DNA of 64,000 bases, taken from the NCBI GenBank assembly GCA_000431795.1, contig FR887371.1, forward strand, positions 14,837 through 78,836. The letters are read 5' to 3'. Positions 1-8,989 of the stretch are shown here, one piece after another. The DNA comes from Clostridium sp. CAG:302. GTDB taxonomy: Bacteria; Bacillota_I; Bacilli_A; RF39; UBA660. Positions within the stretch are counted from its first letter, which is position 1. Every line of letters begins with the position of its first letter. Under the pieces are notes generated by a model. It was not told where the DNA came from, ran no database searches, and was given only the letters and a program-made list of their open reading frames with translations. The position numbers were made by a program, and so were the translations under genes.

Positions 1-1102
1 GCTGTTCATCATTACTTATCTCATTGACAATGGTAACTTCTTTTACTTCTTTAATATTATTATATTTAAGTAGTAACTTTTCTTTAGCGGTTTCTACTGC
101 TTTATTTTTAGCCTCTTCTTTAGTATATATATCATCAATTACTTCAGTTTCATATTGATATTCATAATTTAATGATATTGGATTTACATTATTATCAAAT
201 ATACTTTTTATATTTTTATCAAAAGTTTTATACTTCTTAAAGTCAAATAGTGATATTCTTTTATTGATAAAGTTAAATACTAATACTTTTTTCTTATTAC
301 CAGTATATTTTACTTCATGATGATAATATGGATAATTTATATCTATTATATACCAAACTTCTCCAATTACCTTTCCTCTTGCGGTACTTAGTATTTTCTC
401 TTCACTTGGAGTAGTAATATATGCTGATATTATAGTTTCACCTTTTTTAACATAAGTATTAATATCTCGTACTTTTTCACCAGACTCTGCTTCAATAACT
501 CTAATAACAGCATTTTTTGAAGAAACTATATCATAGTTTTTGTTATCATCTATTTCTTTATTAATAATTCTCTCTTCTACTCTAACAGTATATTTAGTAC
601 CATTTCTTATTATTTCAAGCCATTCTAAATTATCTTTATTATTATTAAGTATTTCTTTTTCTATTTTTTCTACTTCACTATAACTTTTAGCGAAAGCATA
701 TTTCTTAATACCACGATCTTTTAACTCTTCAGTCACTAGTTTAATTATTTTACTATTTGAATGTATTACTTCAACGCTAAATATCATATTTGATAATATA
801 AATATTATTATCATACTAAGTAATAAGAATAATAAAATAAATCTATTCTTTTTTAAGAATTTAATTATATGAAGTTTTCCGTAATATCTAACTATTTTAA
901 TATCATAAATAGTTTTATATTTTTCTATTTCTTCTAAATCATTATAATCAATTATTAAATCTATTTCTTTATGACTTCTTGGAGTTAACTTAACTATCTT
1001 GATATTATTTTTTATTATTCTTTTAATAAAATTATTAATATTTCTACCACTAACTCTAATTTTAATATTACTAGAAAATATTCTAAATATTTTTTCTTTC
1101 AT
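1..1102 (-). CDS. yqfD: Sporulation protein YqfD (stage IV), N-terminal ~367 codons; the C-terminus runs off the left edge
   Basis: My own minus-strand translation from the ATG at 1102..1100 reads MKEKIFRIFSSNIKIRVSGRNINNFIKRIIKNNIKIVKL... and stays open to position 1. It has one TM segment (FILLFLLLSMIIIFILSNMIF). It lies 14 nt downstream of yqfC, as in Bacillus and Clostridium. It is absent from the ORF track because its stop codon is outside the window. Confidence 0.75.
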   Translation of the reverse strand, partial: MKEKIFRIFSSNIKIRVSGRNINNFIKRIIKNNIKIVKLTPRSHKEIDLIIDYNDLEEIEKYKTIYDIKIVRYYGKLHIIKFLKKNRFILLFLLLSMIIIFILSNMIFSVEVIHSNSKIIKLVTEELKDRGIKKYAFAKSYSEVEKIEKEILNNNKDNLEWLEIIRNGTKYTVRVEERIINKEIDDNKNYDIVSSKNAVIRVIEAESGEKVRDINTYVKKGETIISAYITTPSEEKILSTARGKVIGEVWYIIDINYPYYHHEVKYTGNKKKVLVFNFINKRISLFDFKKYKTFDKNIKSIFDNNVNPISLNYEYQYETEVIDDIYTKEEAKNKAVETAKEKLLLKYNNIKEVKEVTIVNEISNDEQ

Positions 1103-1116
1103 AATATCAACTCTTT

Positions 1117-1368
1117 CTATTTATTAAAAGAAATACCTTCAATATTACCAGTTATTAATACTTCTTCTTCAAGCATTTTAGATATAACTAAATTAGTACC
1201 TGTTATTATATATTTACTATCTAAGTAACTAATACTAATTTTAGTGTCTGAGAAGTCCATAATTTTAGTATAATTAATAATATCTAGTTTGTTATTCTTA
1301 TATAATATACTAAACTTTTTATCATTAATATAATTATCTATTGATCTAACTAATTTTAATTTTTTCAT
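1117..1368 (-). CDS. yqfC: Sporulation protein YqfC
   Basis: 83 aa. The C-terminal ITGTNLVISKMLEEEVLITGNIEGISF matches the YqfC family pattern. It lies immediately upstream of yqfD. Confidence 0.75.
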   Translation of the reverse strand: MKKLKLVRSIDNYINDKKFSILYKNNKLDIINYTKIMDFSDTKISISYLDSKYIITGTNLVISKMLEEEVLITGNIEGISFNK

Positions 1369-1451
1369 ATTAATATATATGATTTATAATTGAAATTTAT
1401 GAAAATATTAACTTATATAGGTATTCGTAGTGCATTTTTATTTACTTTTGT

Positions 1452-1460
1452 CATAAGTTA
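1452..1460 (+). promoter_or_regulatory. Possible sigma-K-type -10 element (CATAagtTA) upstream of the coat gene
   Basis: cataagtta fits the CATA---TA pattern and lies 29 nt upstream of the ATG at 1489. No convincing -35 AC element was seen. Confidence 0.25.
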
Positions 1461-1488
1461 TATTGAATACAAAAAAGGGGTGGATTAT

Positions 1489-1908
1489 ATGTGTAATAAT
1501 GAAAATAATACTTGCGAGAATTGCATCGCGGATATCCTTAAAGTTATCCTTATACTTCAGCAAAGTGTATGTCAAAATGACTGCTGCCTAGAGACTTGTG
1601 ATAGAGGATTCTTAGGACAAAATAGTAGTTTCTGCTACAACACTAGACCTATACAGTTATATACTTGTTCAGGAGGAAATACTCCATTAGCAATGCCAAT
1701 TAGTAAAGATCCAAGTATTACTACTACAAGTACTGTCTTTAGACTAGAAAAATTAGATGGTTGCTGTGCTACCTGCAGAGTACTTGCACCTAATACTGAT
1801 GAGACTAGTGTATTTCCATACGAAGCTACAAACTCATTCTTTACTATTAATTTAGGATGCTGCTGCATACTAAGATGTCTAGACGATACAGTTGTTGAAA
1901 GCATATAA
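1489..1908 (+). CDS. Cysteine-rich spore coat/exosporium protein, CotZ/CotY/ExsY family
   Basis: Motifs seen: CENCIADILKVILILQQ, NTRPIQLY, VFRLEKLDGCCATCRVL and INLGCCCILRCL, which parallel B. subtilis CotZ (FRLEK...CFCAINCL). The start was moved to the ATG at 1489, which follows the strong SD aaaggggtgg. The TTG at 1390 in the track has no SD. Confidence 0.7.
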   Translation: MCNNENNTCENCIADILKVILILQQSVCQNDCCLETCDRGFLGQNSSFCYNTRPIQLYTCSGGNTPLAMPISKDPSITTTSTVFRLEKLDGCCATCRVLAPNTDETSVFPYEATNSFFTINLGCCCILRCLDDTVVESI

Positions 1909-1936
1909 AAAAACAGGCTATATAACCTGTTTTTTT
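1907..1936. terminator. Bidirectional intrinsic terminator
   Basis: The arms aaaaaacagg and cctgtttttt pair around the loop ctatataa. A-runs and T-runs flank it on both sides, between convergent ORFs. Confidence 0.7.
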
Positions 1937-2130
1937 AATAAAAGGAGACGATAAAAGTATTGTTCTCCTTTAAATGTTACTAAAAATATCTTGTAAAACT
2001 TTTTAGCTATATTGTTATATCTTGCATTATATCTTTTCAATTTCATTTTTAAATCTTCTTCTGAAGTAAATTCATTCCTACTATAAAACCTTTCTACATC
2101 TATTTTGTGACTTCTTTCAACTTTTTTCAT
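1918..2130 (-). pseudogene. Relic of the C-terminal end of a DDE (rve-type) transposase
   Basis: KVERSHKIDVERFYSRNEFTSEEDLKMKLKRYNARYNN resembles the conserved GKVERSHR.D.ERFY...YN tail of integrase-core transposases. The catalytic core is missing, and the ORF tail reads through the terminator hairpin. Confidence 0.5.
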
Positions 2131-2298
2131 TTTGCCAGCCTCCTTTCTTATATAATTTATAGATTTTATATATAAATTATATTTATCTACCTTACATATA
2201 AAATAATATCATAAATTAAATATTTATACAAGTACTTTATAAAACAATTTATACTAAATATATAAATATAGCTTATATATAATAGATATGTAGATATA

Positions 2299-4593
2299 TT
2301 ACTTAAATAATCTCTTATATACATCCTCATAGTCTTCTACTAAGACTATATCAAGTCTATCCTTAACCTCACTAGGAAGTAATATAAGCTCTTTAGATAA
2401 CTCCAAAGGTAAATAAACAGTAGTAATACCATTAGTAACAGCAGATATAAGTTTCTCTTTAAGACCCCCAACAGGAAGTATCTTACCTCTTAAAGTAATC
2501 TCACCAGTCATAGATATCTTATTATCAATAACCCTATTCTTAAGTAAACTAAGAATAGCAGTAACAATAGTAATACCCGCAGAAGGACCATCTTTAGGAA
2601 CAGCCCCTTCCTCAATATGAAAGTGAAAATCAGACTCTTCAAATATCTTATAATCAATCTTAAACTTAGTATTATTAGCCTTAATATAACTAAGAGCAAT
2701 ATAAATACTCTCCTTAATAACATCTCCTAAAGCCCCAGTCAAAGTAACATTACCATGACCAGGATACAAAGTACAAGTAACCTTAAGAATAGTACCACCA
2801 TAAGGAGTATAAGCAAGCCCATTAACAATACCAGTCTTATTAGTCTCTTCATTAGCCATAATACTATATTTAGAAGGTCCTAAATACACCTCAATATCCG
2901 AAGGAGTAACATCTACCCTACTATTCCTATCTCTAGATATAATAACCTTTCTAATTACCGAATCAATTTGTCTATACAAATCTCTAGCTCCAGCCTCTTT
3001 AGTATAAGAAGTAATAATCTTCTCAATAGCCTCATCAGTAAACTTAATACCCTTTACCTTATAATCCTCAAGTAAATTAGGAATTAAATAATACTTAGCA
3101 ATACTAACCTTTTCATATATCGTATAACTAGATAACTCAATAATCTCTAATCTATCAAGTAAAGGAGCAGGTACTTTTTCAATATTATTCGCAGTAAGTA
3201 TAAAGAGTACCTTACTCAAATCAAACTCTTCTTCTATATAATTATCACAAAACTTATTATTCTGTGACTTATCAAGTATCTCAAGTAACGCTGACGCTGG
3301 GTCTCCCTTATAATCCTTAGTAATCTTATCAACTTCATCAATTAAAAATACCGGATTAGAAGTCTTAGCCTTCTTCATCTGCTGAATAATCTTACCAGGC
3401 GAAGCCCCTACATAAGTTCTTCTATGACCAAGTATCTCAGCCTCATCATTAATACCACCCAAAGATACCTTAACAAACTCCTTACCAAGTGCTCTAGCAA
3501 TAGAACTAGCAAGTGATGTCTTACCAACACCCGGAGGCCCAACCAAACAAAGTATTGGACTATTAGCAGTATTAGTCTTCTTCTTAACTGCTATAAACTC
3601 AAGAATTCTCTTCTTAACACTATCAAGACCAAAATGCGATTCGTCCAAAGTACTCTCTATTTTCTTAATATCCGTAATATCCTTACTCTCATTATTCCAA
3701 GGTAATGCCAAAAGCCAATCAATATAACTCCTAATTGTAGTAACTTCCGGTGAAGCACTACTAGTAAGAGAATATCTTTCTATCTCTTCATTAAGTCTCT
3801 TCGTAATATTATCAGGTAAATTAAGACTATTCATCTTATTCCTAATCTTATTAATATCCTCTTCTTTTAAATCAGTCTCCCCAAGTTCTTCCTTAATAAG
3901 CCTAATCTTCTCCTTAAGCATATATTCTCTTTGTTCTTCTTCTAGCTTAACCTTCAAATTATCTTCAATATCATTCTCTAATCTAACAGTCTCTATCTCT
4001 TTAGATAAATCCTCAATAATATTCTTAATCCTAACCATCGGATTAGTAATCTCTATATACTTAATCAAATCCTTATATTCCAAAGGAAGTTCTGCCACTA
4101 TAATATCCGATAACTTACTAATATTCTTAACATCATTAATTCTACCAAGAACAGTATTAGACATATAAGGAGAAATATCAATATACTCATCCAATTTACG
4201 ATATAAAACTCTCTTTAAAGCAGCAGCCTCTACCTCATTATAATCATATTCTTTAGTAGGAACAACAAAAGCCGATAATACTGTAGTATCCTCAACATAA
4301 CTAGATATCGTAACCCTATCAATACCCGCTAGTACCACTCTTGTTATCCCATTAGGAAGATCTATCTTAGACTTAATCTTAGCCAAAATACCAACATTAG
4401 ATAAATCATTAATTAAAGGAGCCTCCTCAAGAGGATCAGCCAAATTAATAAGCAGAATATTACTATCATAATTCTTCATCGAAATATCAAGAATATTCTT
4501 TTCTTTATCTTCAGTAAACTCTAATCTAATTTCATTAAATGGAAGTAATACTACTTCTCTTAAGTACAATATCGGTAAATTAGTCTCAATCAT
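2299..4593 (-). CDS. lon: ATP-dependent Lon protease (LonA)
   Basis: It has the Lon N-domain (LPILYLREVVLLPF), Walker A GPPGVGKTS and the protease serine motif PKDGPSAGITIVTAILS. The start is set at the ATG at 4593, which follows the SD ggaggt. The longer track start would run into a terminator-like hairpin. Confidence 0.95.
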   Translation of the reverse strand: MIETNLPILYLREVVLLPFNEIRLEFTEDKEKNILDISMKNYDSNILLINLADPLEEAPLINDLSNVGILAKIKSKIDLPNGITRVVLAGIDRVTISSYVEDTTVLSAFVVPTKEYDYNEVEAAALKRVLYRKLDEYIDISPYMSNTVLGRINDVKNISKLSDIIVAELPLEYKDLIKYIEITNPMVRIKNIIEDLSKEIETVRLENDIEDNLKVKLEEEQREYMLKEKIRLIKEELGETDLKEEDINKIRNKMNSLNLPDNITKRLNEEIERYSLTSSASPEVTTIRSYIDWLLALPWNNESKDITDIKKIESTLDESHFGLDSVKKRILEFIAVKKKTNTANSPILCLVGPPGVGKTSLASSIARALGKEFVKVSLGGINDEAEILGHRRTYVGASPGKIIQQMKKAKTSNPVFLIDEVDKITKDYKGDPASALLEILDKSQNNKFCDNYIEEEFDLSKVLFILTANNIEKVPAPLLDRLEIIELSSYTIYEKVSIAKYYLIPNLLEDYKVKGIKFTDEAIEKIITSYTKEAGARDLYRQIDSVIRKVIISRDRNSRVDVTPSDIEVYLGPSKYSIMANEETNKTGIVNGLAYTPYGGTILKVTCTLYPGHGNVTLTGALGDVIKESIYIALSYIKANNTKFKIDYKIFEESDFHFHIEEGAVPKDGPSAGITIVTAILSLLKNRVIDNKISMTGEITLRGKILPVGGLKEKLISAVTNGITTVYLPLELSKELILLPSEVKDRLDIVLVEDYEDVYKRLFK

Positions 4594-4613
4594 AAGCTGA
4601 CCTCCAAATAAAC

Positions 4614-4657
4614 AAAAAAGCACATACTAACTAATTAAAAATTAATTGTAGATGTGC
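4614..4657 (-). terminator. Terminator-like bulged hairpin plus U-run in the lon leader
   Basis: On the minus strand: gcacat-ctacaattaa-ttt-ttaattagttag-tatgtgc followed by tttttt. It ends about 20 nt upstream of the lon SD. Confidence 0.45.
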
Positions 4658-4729
4658 ATCACTTCCTTGGTTATTTATAATACCATAAAATAAAAATATA
4701 TCAAGTATTTTTTGATATATTTTACATTT

Positions 4730-5776
4730 TTATTCATGAAAGTCTATCTTAGTAACAACATAATTATTATCTACTTTATCAATATTAAACTTCCCAAGTT
4801 CATATTTAAAATTAGAATTACTACACTTAGATAAGTTCTTAACATCACAACTACTCTCTTCAGTTAAGTATTCATAAACAATATTACCAGATATCCTACT
4901 ATCACTACTATTAATAATCTCAATATCATAGTTACCAGTATATCTAGTAAGCCTTCCCTTACCAGAATAATTCCTACAATATAAATTACCATCAATCTCA
5001 TAGTAGTCATCATACATTCTCTTATTATTAATATCCGAAAGTTTAAGTTCTGTCTTAATAAGCGATTCATCTAAGAAAGTAAGTAAATGTTTCTTTAACT
5101 CCTCAAGATTCTTATACTCAGACTTAACATAATACCCCTTAAAACTATTACCATTCTCATTATATTCAATAGTCTTAGTCTCCCCAGGATTCTCACCACA
5201 GTAAGCCTTAAGAACACTATTATCATAATAATTATTAGCCTTATCAATAACCTCTTTAGCAGTCTTAATAGTATTCTTATCTATATCTTCTACCTTAATA
5301 TAAGTACCACAAGCATACCCAGTATAATTACTGCCCCTCTTCACATAACTAACCTTATACCACTTCTTACAATTATCCGTACCAGGTAGTTCCTCTTCAA
5401 TAGTAACTTCCTTATAACAGGATAACCCATCAATAATATCCCCACTAGTAGAATTTCTCACATTAAGAAGCGAAGTATTATCATCACAAGATACATATCC
5501 CATATTACTCTTATTAGTATCCTTATCTTTATCTTCATCCTTATTTACAATATCAATATCATTCTTCTTATTATCAGTATTATCTTTCTTATTACCAAGA
5601 ACAATATAAATCATAACCAAAATCAAAATAAGTACTACTACTCCTATAACAACATACATAATAATTTTCTTCTTATTATCATCATTACTTCTATTAAGTT
5701 TCATTTTCATATCACTATTATCCTCCTTATAATCAAAAGGTTCAGTCTCCATTATAGGTTTATTCTCATTATCCAT
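4730..5776 (-). CDS. Membrane-anchored protein with an SH3b-like domain and a possible IseA-like C-terminal domain
   Basis: One TM helix (IIMYVVIGVVVLILILVMIYIVL). An SH3b-like segment reads GYVSCDDNTSLLNVRNSTSGDIIDGLSCYKEVTIEEE...WYKVSY. The C-terminal pattern YY..S...Y...Y..LEELKKHL..F...L...YYEIDGNLY is reminiscent of DL-endopeptidase inhibitor (IseA) family proteins. Confidence 0.35.
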   Translation of the reverse strand: MDNENKPIMETEPFDYKEDNSDMKMKLNRSNDDNKKKIIMYVVIGVVVLILILVMIYIVLGNKKDNTDNKKNDIDIVNKDEDKDKDTNKSNMGYVSCDDNTSLLNVRNSTSGDIIDGLSCYKEVTIEEELPGTDNCKKWYKVSYVKRGSNYTGYACGTYIKVEDIDKNTIKTAKEVIDKANNYYDNSVLKAYCGENPGETKTIEYNENGNSFKGYYVKSEYKNLEELKKHLLTFLDESLIKTELKLSDINNKRMYDDYYEIDGNLYCRNYSGKGRLTRYTGNYDIEIINSSDSRISGNIVYEYLTEESSCDVKNLSKCSNSNFKYELGKFNIDKVDNNYVVTKIDFHE

Positions 5777-5884
5777 ATTAATTCTCCTTACTTACACCTA
5801 TAATATAACACAAATTATGAAAAAAGAATAGTTTTTATTCCAAGTTTACACTTTATTTGATATAATCTTTATAAGAGGTGTATT

Positions 5885-6373
5885 ATGGAAAGAATAGATA
5901 AAATAAATTACTACTTAGACATTGCTGAAACCGTTGTTGAAAGGGGAACATGTCTAAGAAGAAACTTTGGAGCCATCATTGTCAAAAATGATGAAATAAT
6001 ATCAACAGGCTATGTTGGGGCCCCACGTGGAAGAAAAAACTGCTGCGATCTTGGCTATTGCACAAGAGAAAAATTAAATATCCCAAGAGGAGAAAGATAC
6101 GAACTATGTCGTAGTGTTCATGCCGAGCAGAATGCCATTATCAGTGCATCAAGAAGAGATACAATAGATTCCACTCTATATCTAGTAGGAATAAACTATA
6201 AAGACCATACCTATGTTGAAAATGCTAATCCTTGTGCTCTATGCAAAAGAATGATCATCAATTCCGGTATCAAAGAAGTAATAATCAGAGATACCAAAAA
6301 GAAATATCGTATAATCAAAGTACAAGAATACATAGATAATGACGAAAGTTTAGAAAAAATATTAGGTTATTAA
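5885..6373 (+). CDS. comEB: dCMP deaminase (ComEB family)
   Basis: Zinc-binding deaminase motifs HAEQNAI and PCALCKRMI are present. Length is 162 aa. Confidence 0.85.
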   Translation: MERIDKINYYLDIAETVVERGTCLRRNFGAIIVKNDEIISTGYVGAPRGRKNCCDLGYCTREKLNIPRGERYELCRSVHAEQNAIISASRRDTIDSTLYLVGINYKDHTYVENANPCALCKRMIINSGIKEVIIRDTKKKYRIIKVQEYIDNDESLEKILGY

Positions 6374-6400
6374 GAAAAGACAATTATTGTCTTTTCTTTT
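6374..6400. terminator. Bidirectional terminator between comEB and spo0A
   Basis: The arms gaaaagaca and tgtcttttc pair around the loop attat, followed by tttt. Confidence 0.7.
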
Positions 6401-6401
6401 A

Positions 6402-7157
6402 TTATCTAACATACTCTAGTCTAAGTTTATCCGCTACTGTAACAATAAACTCCGAATTAGTAGGTTTAGCCTTATCAATATCCACACTATGTCCAAATAC
6501 CTCTTCCATCAAATCCCAGTCACCTCTATTCCAAGATACCTCAATAGCATGCCTAATAGCCCTTTCAACTCTAGACACAGTAGTATCAAACTTACCAGCC
6601 AAAGTAGGATATAATTCCTTAGTAATTCCTCCTACTATTTCCGGATTATCATATACCATTGAAATAGCCTCTCTAATATATTGATACCCCTTAATATGTG
6701 ATGGCATACCAAGTTCATGTAACATCTTACTAATAGATATCTGCAGATTATTACTAATAAGATTAATACTCTTACTCTTATTAGTATTAAAAGTATCTAG
6801 TATCTTCTCTTCTAAGTCAGTAAGTTCAAAAGGCTTAAGTATATAATAGTTAGCTCCATATTCACTAACCTTCCTTATCGTATCAGGAGCATTATAAGAA
6901 GTAGCCACAATCACATTAGAAGCAATATTAGAATTCTTAAGTTCCTTAAGAACACCAATTCCATCTTTCTTTGGCATAATCAAATCTAGTACAATAAGGT
7001 CATATTTAAGTTTACCTTCCTTAATAATATTCAAACCTTCCATTCCATCATTAGCACTACCGACAATTTCAATCTTAGGATGATTCTCAAAGTAATCCTT
7101 AACCATCTCCACTAAATTAACATTATCATCAATCATTAAAACTTTTATTTTTTCCAT
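6402..7157 (-). CDS. spo0A: Sporulation master regulator Spo0A
   Basis: It has a receiver domain ([16 protein letters not shown]) and the Spo0A-specific C-terminal domain ([31 protein letters not shown]). Confidence 0.95.
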   Translation of the reverse strand: MEKIKVLMIDDNVNLVEMVKDYFENHPKIEIVGSANDGMEGLNIIKEGKLKYDLIVLDLIMPKKDGIGVLKELKNSNIASNVIVATSYNAPDTIRKVSEYGANYYILKPFELTDLEEKILDTFNTNKSKSINLISNNLQISISKMLHELGMPSHIKGYQYIREAISMVYDNPEIVGGITKELYPTLAGKFDTTVSRVERAIRHAIEVSWNRGDWDLMEEVFGHSVDIDKAKPTNSEFIVTVADKLRLEYVR

Positions 7158-7212
7158 TTTCTTATACCTTCTTTCTTACATTATCATTGTACTGCATCAA
7201 AAACGAAAAATA

Positions 7213-7219
7213 TGTCGAA
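7213..7219 (+). promoter_or_regulatory. Consensus Spo0A box (TGTCGAA) in the spo0A upstream region
   Basis: An exact tgtcgaa lies 56 nt upstream of the spo0A start. It abuts a tataat on the gene strand. Confidence 0.4.
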
Positions 7220-7269
7220 TTATACTATAAACCAAAGAAAAATAGAGAAATATCTTATTAAGTACTTCT

Positions 7270-7971
7270 CTATATATTTTTAAATATTTTTTGTATTTCT
7301 TTTATATTCGATGATATAGCTCCTATCATAACTCCAGATAACCCTTCTATATTAATAATTTCATCAATATTACTACTATCAACACTACCACCATATATAA
7401 TACTAGGCTTCTTATGATATTTATCTTCAATATATTTACTAATAAAATCAGTTACTTCCTTAATTCTATCAACACTTGGAAGAGTTCCAGTACCAATAGC
7501 ATAAGCAGGTTCATAAGCAAAAGTAATAAAATCAATATTAAGAACATCTTTTAAATAAGCATCAAGTATTTTAGGAATAGCCTCCTTATAATCCTCATCA
7601 ATATTCTCACCAAAACAAAGAATTGGTAATATATTCGCCTCTAAAGCCGCAATAAGTTTCATATTAACAATACTCTTATTTTCATGATACTTTTCTACTC
7701 TCTCATTATGTCCTATAATAACATAATCTACTCCAAGAGCTCTTATCTGATCAGTAGATATCTCACCAGTATTATTAACATCTAAGTTATAATTAATATT
7801 CTGACATCCAATAGCATAATCAGAATTATTTAAGAATGCCTCTAAATAAATATTAGATGGACATACAACAATATCACAATCAGTTTCAATATTATTAATC
7901 ATCTCTATATAACTATATAAATCATCATATAAAAGACTCATCTTATGATTAAGAACAACTAATTTATTCAT
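7270..7971 (-). CDS. tpiA: Triosephosphate isomerase
   Basis: Motifs GHNERV, AYEPAYAIGTG and IIYGGSV. Confidence 0.9.
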   Translation of the reverse strand: MNKLVVLNHKMSLLYDDLYSYIEMINNIETDCDIVVCPSNIYLEAFLNNSDYAIGCQNINYNLDVNNTGEISTDQIRALGVDYVIIGHNERVEKYHENKSIVNMKLIAALEANILPILCFGENIDEDYKEAIPKILDAYLKDVLNIDFITFAYEPAYAIGTGTLPSVDRIKEVTDFISKYIEDKYHKKPSIIYGGSVDSSNIDEIINIEGLSGVMIGAISSNIKEIQKIFKNI

Positions 7972-8989
7972 AATTATGTTTCACCTTCTTCCACGTAATT
8001 GCAATTAAACCACCTACAATAAGAGGGATATAATAAGTAACAAGTCTCCACATCAACATATATGCCATTATATCAGATTCAGATATAAGACCAGTAAATA
8101 AATACACAAAGTTATATTCTGCTGCCCCACTATTACCAGGAGTAATAAATATAAGACTAAGCATCTTAACATAAGTAGACAAAATAAACATCTTAACTGC
8201 ACTAATACTAGTAATGCCCATAGATACCGCTACTGGATAAGCCGCTAACATATAAAATAAGAATGATAACATTTGAATACCAATTACCTTAAAAAATAAC
8301 TTCTTATCATGTTTTAACTTTTCAACACCCTCATCAAAGTTTTTTAAATAATTATCTAGTCTATCTCTAGTCTTATCAATATTTCTAACAAAATGAAGTT
8401 TATGACCTATCTGTAGTCCCTTCTTCATAATAAAATGATTAAACTTCTTATTGTAGGCTACCAAGAAAAAGAAGCCAAGTAAAAAGCCATTTACCAAGAA
8501 ATTAATAACTACAAAAGAAAAGACAAAACTATTAAGAGGTACAACCCTAATAAACAAGTTTAAAATTACTGCCATCGTATTAATAATAAGTAGTGATATC
8601 TGATAAGTAATAAACTTCTGTATAGTAATATTAGATCCCTTACCAACCGAAATACCACAGTCTCTCATATATAATATTTCAAAAGACTCACCACCTAATG
8701 AACTAGGAGTAATACCCGCAAAAAAGGGATAAATAAGTTCAATAAGTACCATATCTTTTATTTTAATATCAGACTTTTCTTTTTTTGCCAAAAAATATAA
8801 TGTTTCTCCAAGAAAATATTTAGATAAAAACATAAAAAATACTCCTATCAAAAGAAACAATATATTAACATCATTAAGTGCATTCAAAATATCTTTATAA
8901 TCATCTTTCAAAGAAACATATAATACACATACAAATAATATTATAACAACTGTCAAATATATAGTAAGCTTATTTTTTTTCATCATCAA
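7964..8989 (-). CDS. Polytopic membrane protein, lysyl-phosphatidylglycerol-synthase TM-region / flippase-like (UPF0104) family
   Basis: About 8 hydrophobic helices. The motif TPGNSGAAEYNF resembles the PGG.G..E signature of PF03706 proteins. It overlaps pgk by 20 nt and tpiA by 8 nt. Confidence 0.5.
   Translation of the reverse strand: MMMKKNKLTIYLTVVIILFVCVLYVSLKDDYKDILNALNDVNILFLLIGVFFMFLSKYFLGETLYFLAKKEKSDIKIKDMVLIELIYPFFAGITPSSLGGESFEILYMRDCGISVGKGSNITIQKFITYQISLLIINTMAVILNLFIRVVPLNSFVFSFVVINFLVNGFLLGFFFLVAYNKKFNHFIMKKGLQIGHKLHFVRNIDKTRDRLDNYLKNFDEGVEKLKHDKKLFFKVIGIQMLSFLFYMLAAYPVAVSMGITSISAVKMFILSTYVKMLSLIFITPGNSGAAEYNFVYLFTGLISESDIMAYMLMWRLVTYYIPLIVGGLIAITWKKVKHNYE

Noticed and set aside
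1390-1488. The N-terminal extensions offered by the ORF track: CotZ-like TTG at 1390, Lon at 4623, GalE at 24102, the GT2 at 28357 and the membrane protein at 26999
   Set aside because: The extensions lack an SD, run through terminator hairpins or upstream genes, and precede strong SD-ATG combinations at the conserved N-termini. The shorter starts were adopted.
1918-2130. The 70-aa ORF as a functional small gene, given that it has an AAGGAGG SD
   Set aside because: Its sequence matches only the extreme C-terminal tail of DDE transposases. Its last ~15 codons are read through the bidirectional terminator hairpin. A relic is the simpler explanation.
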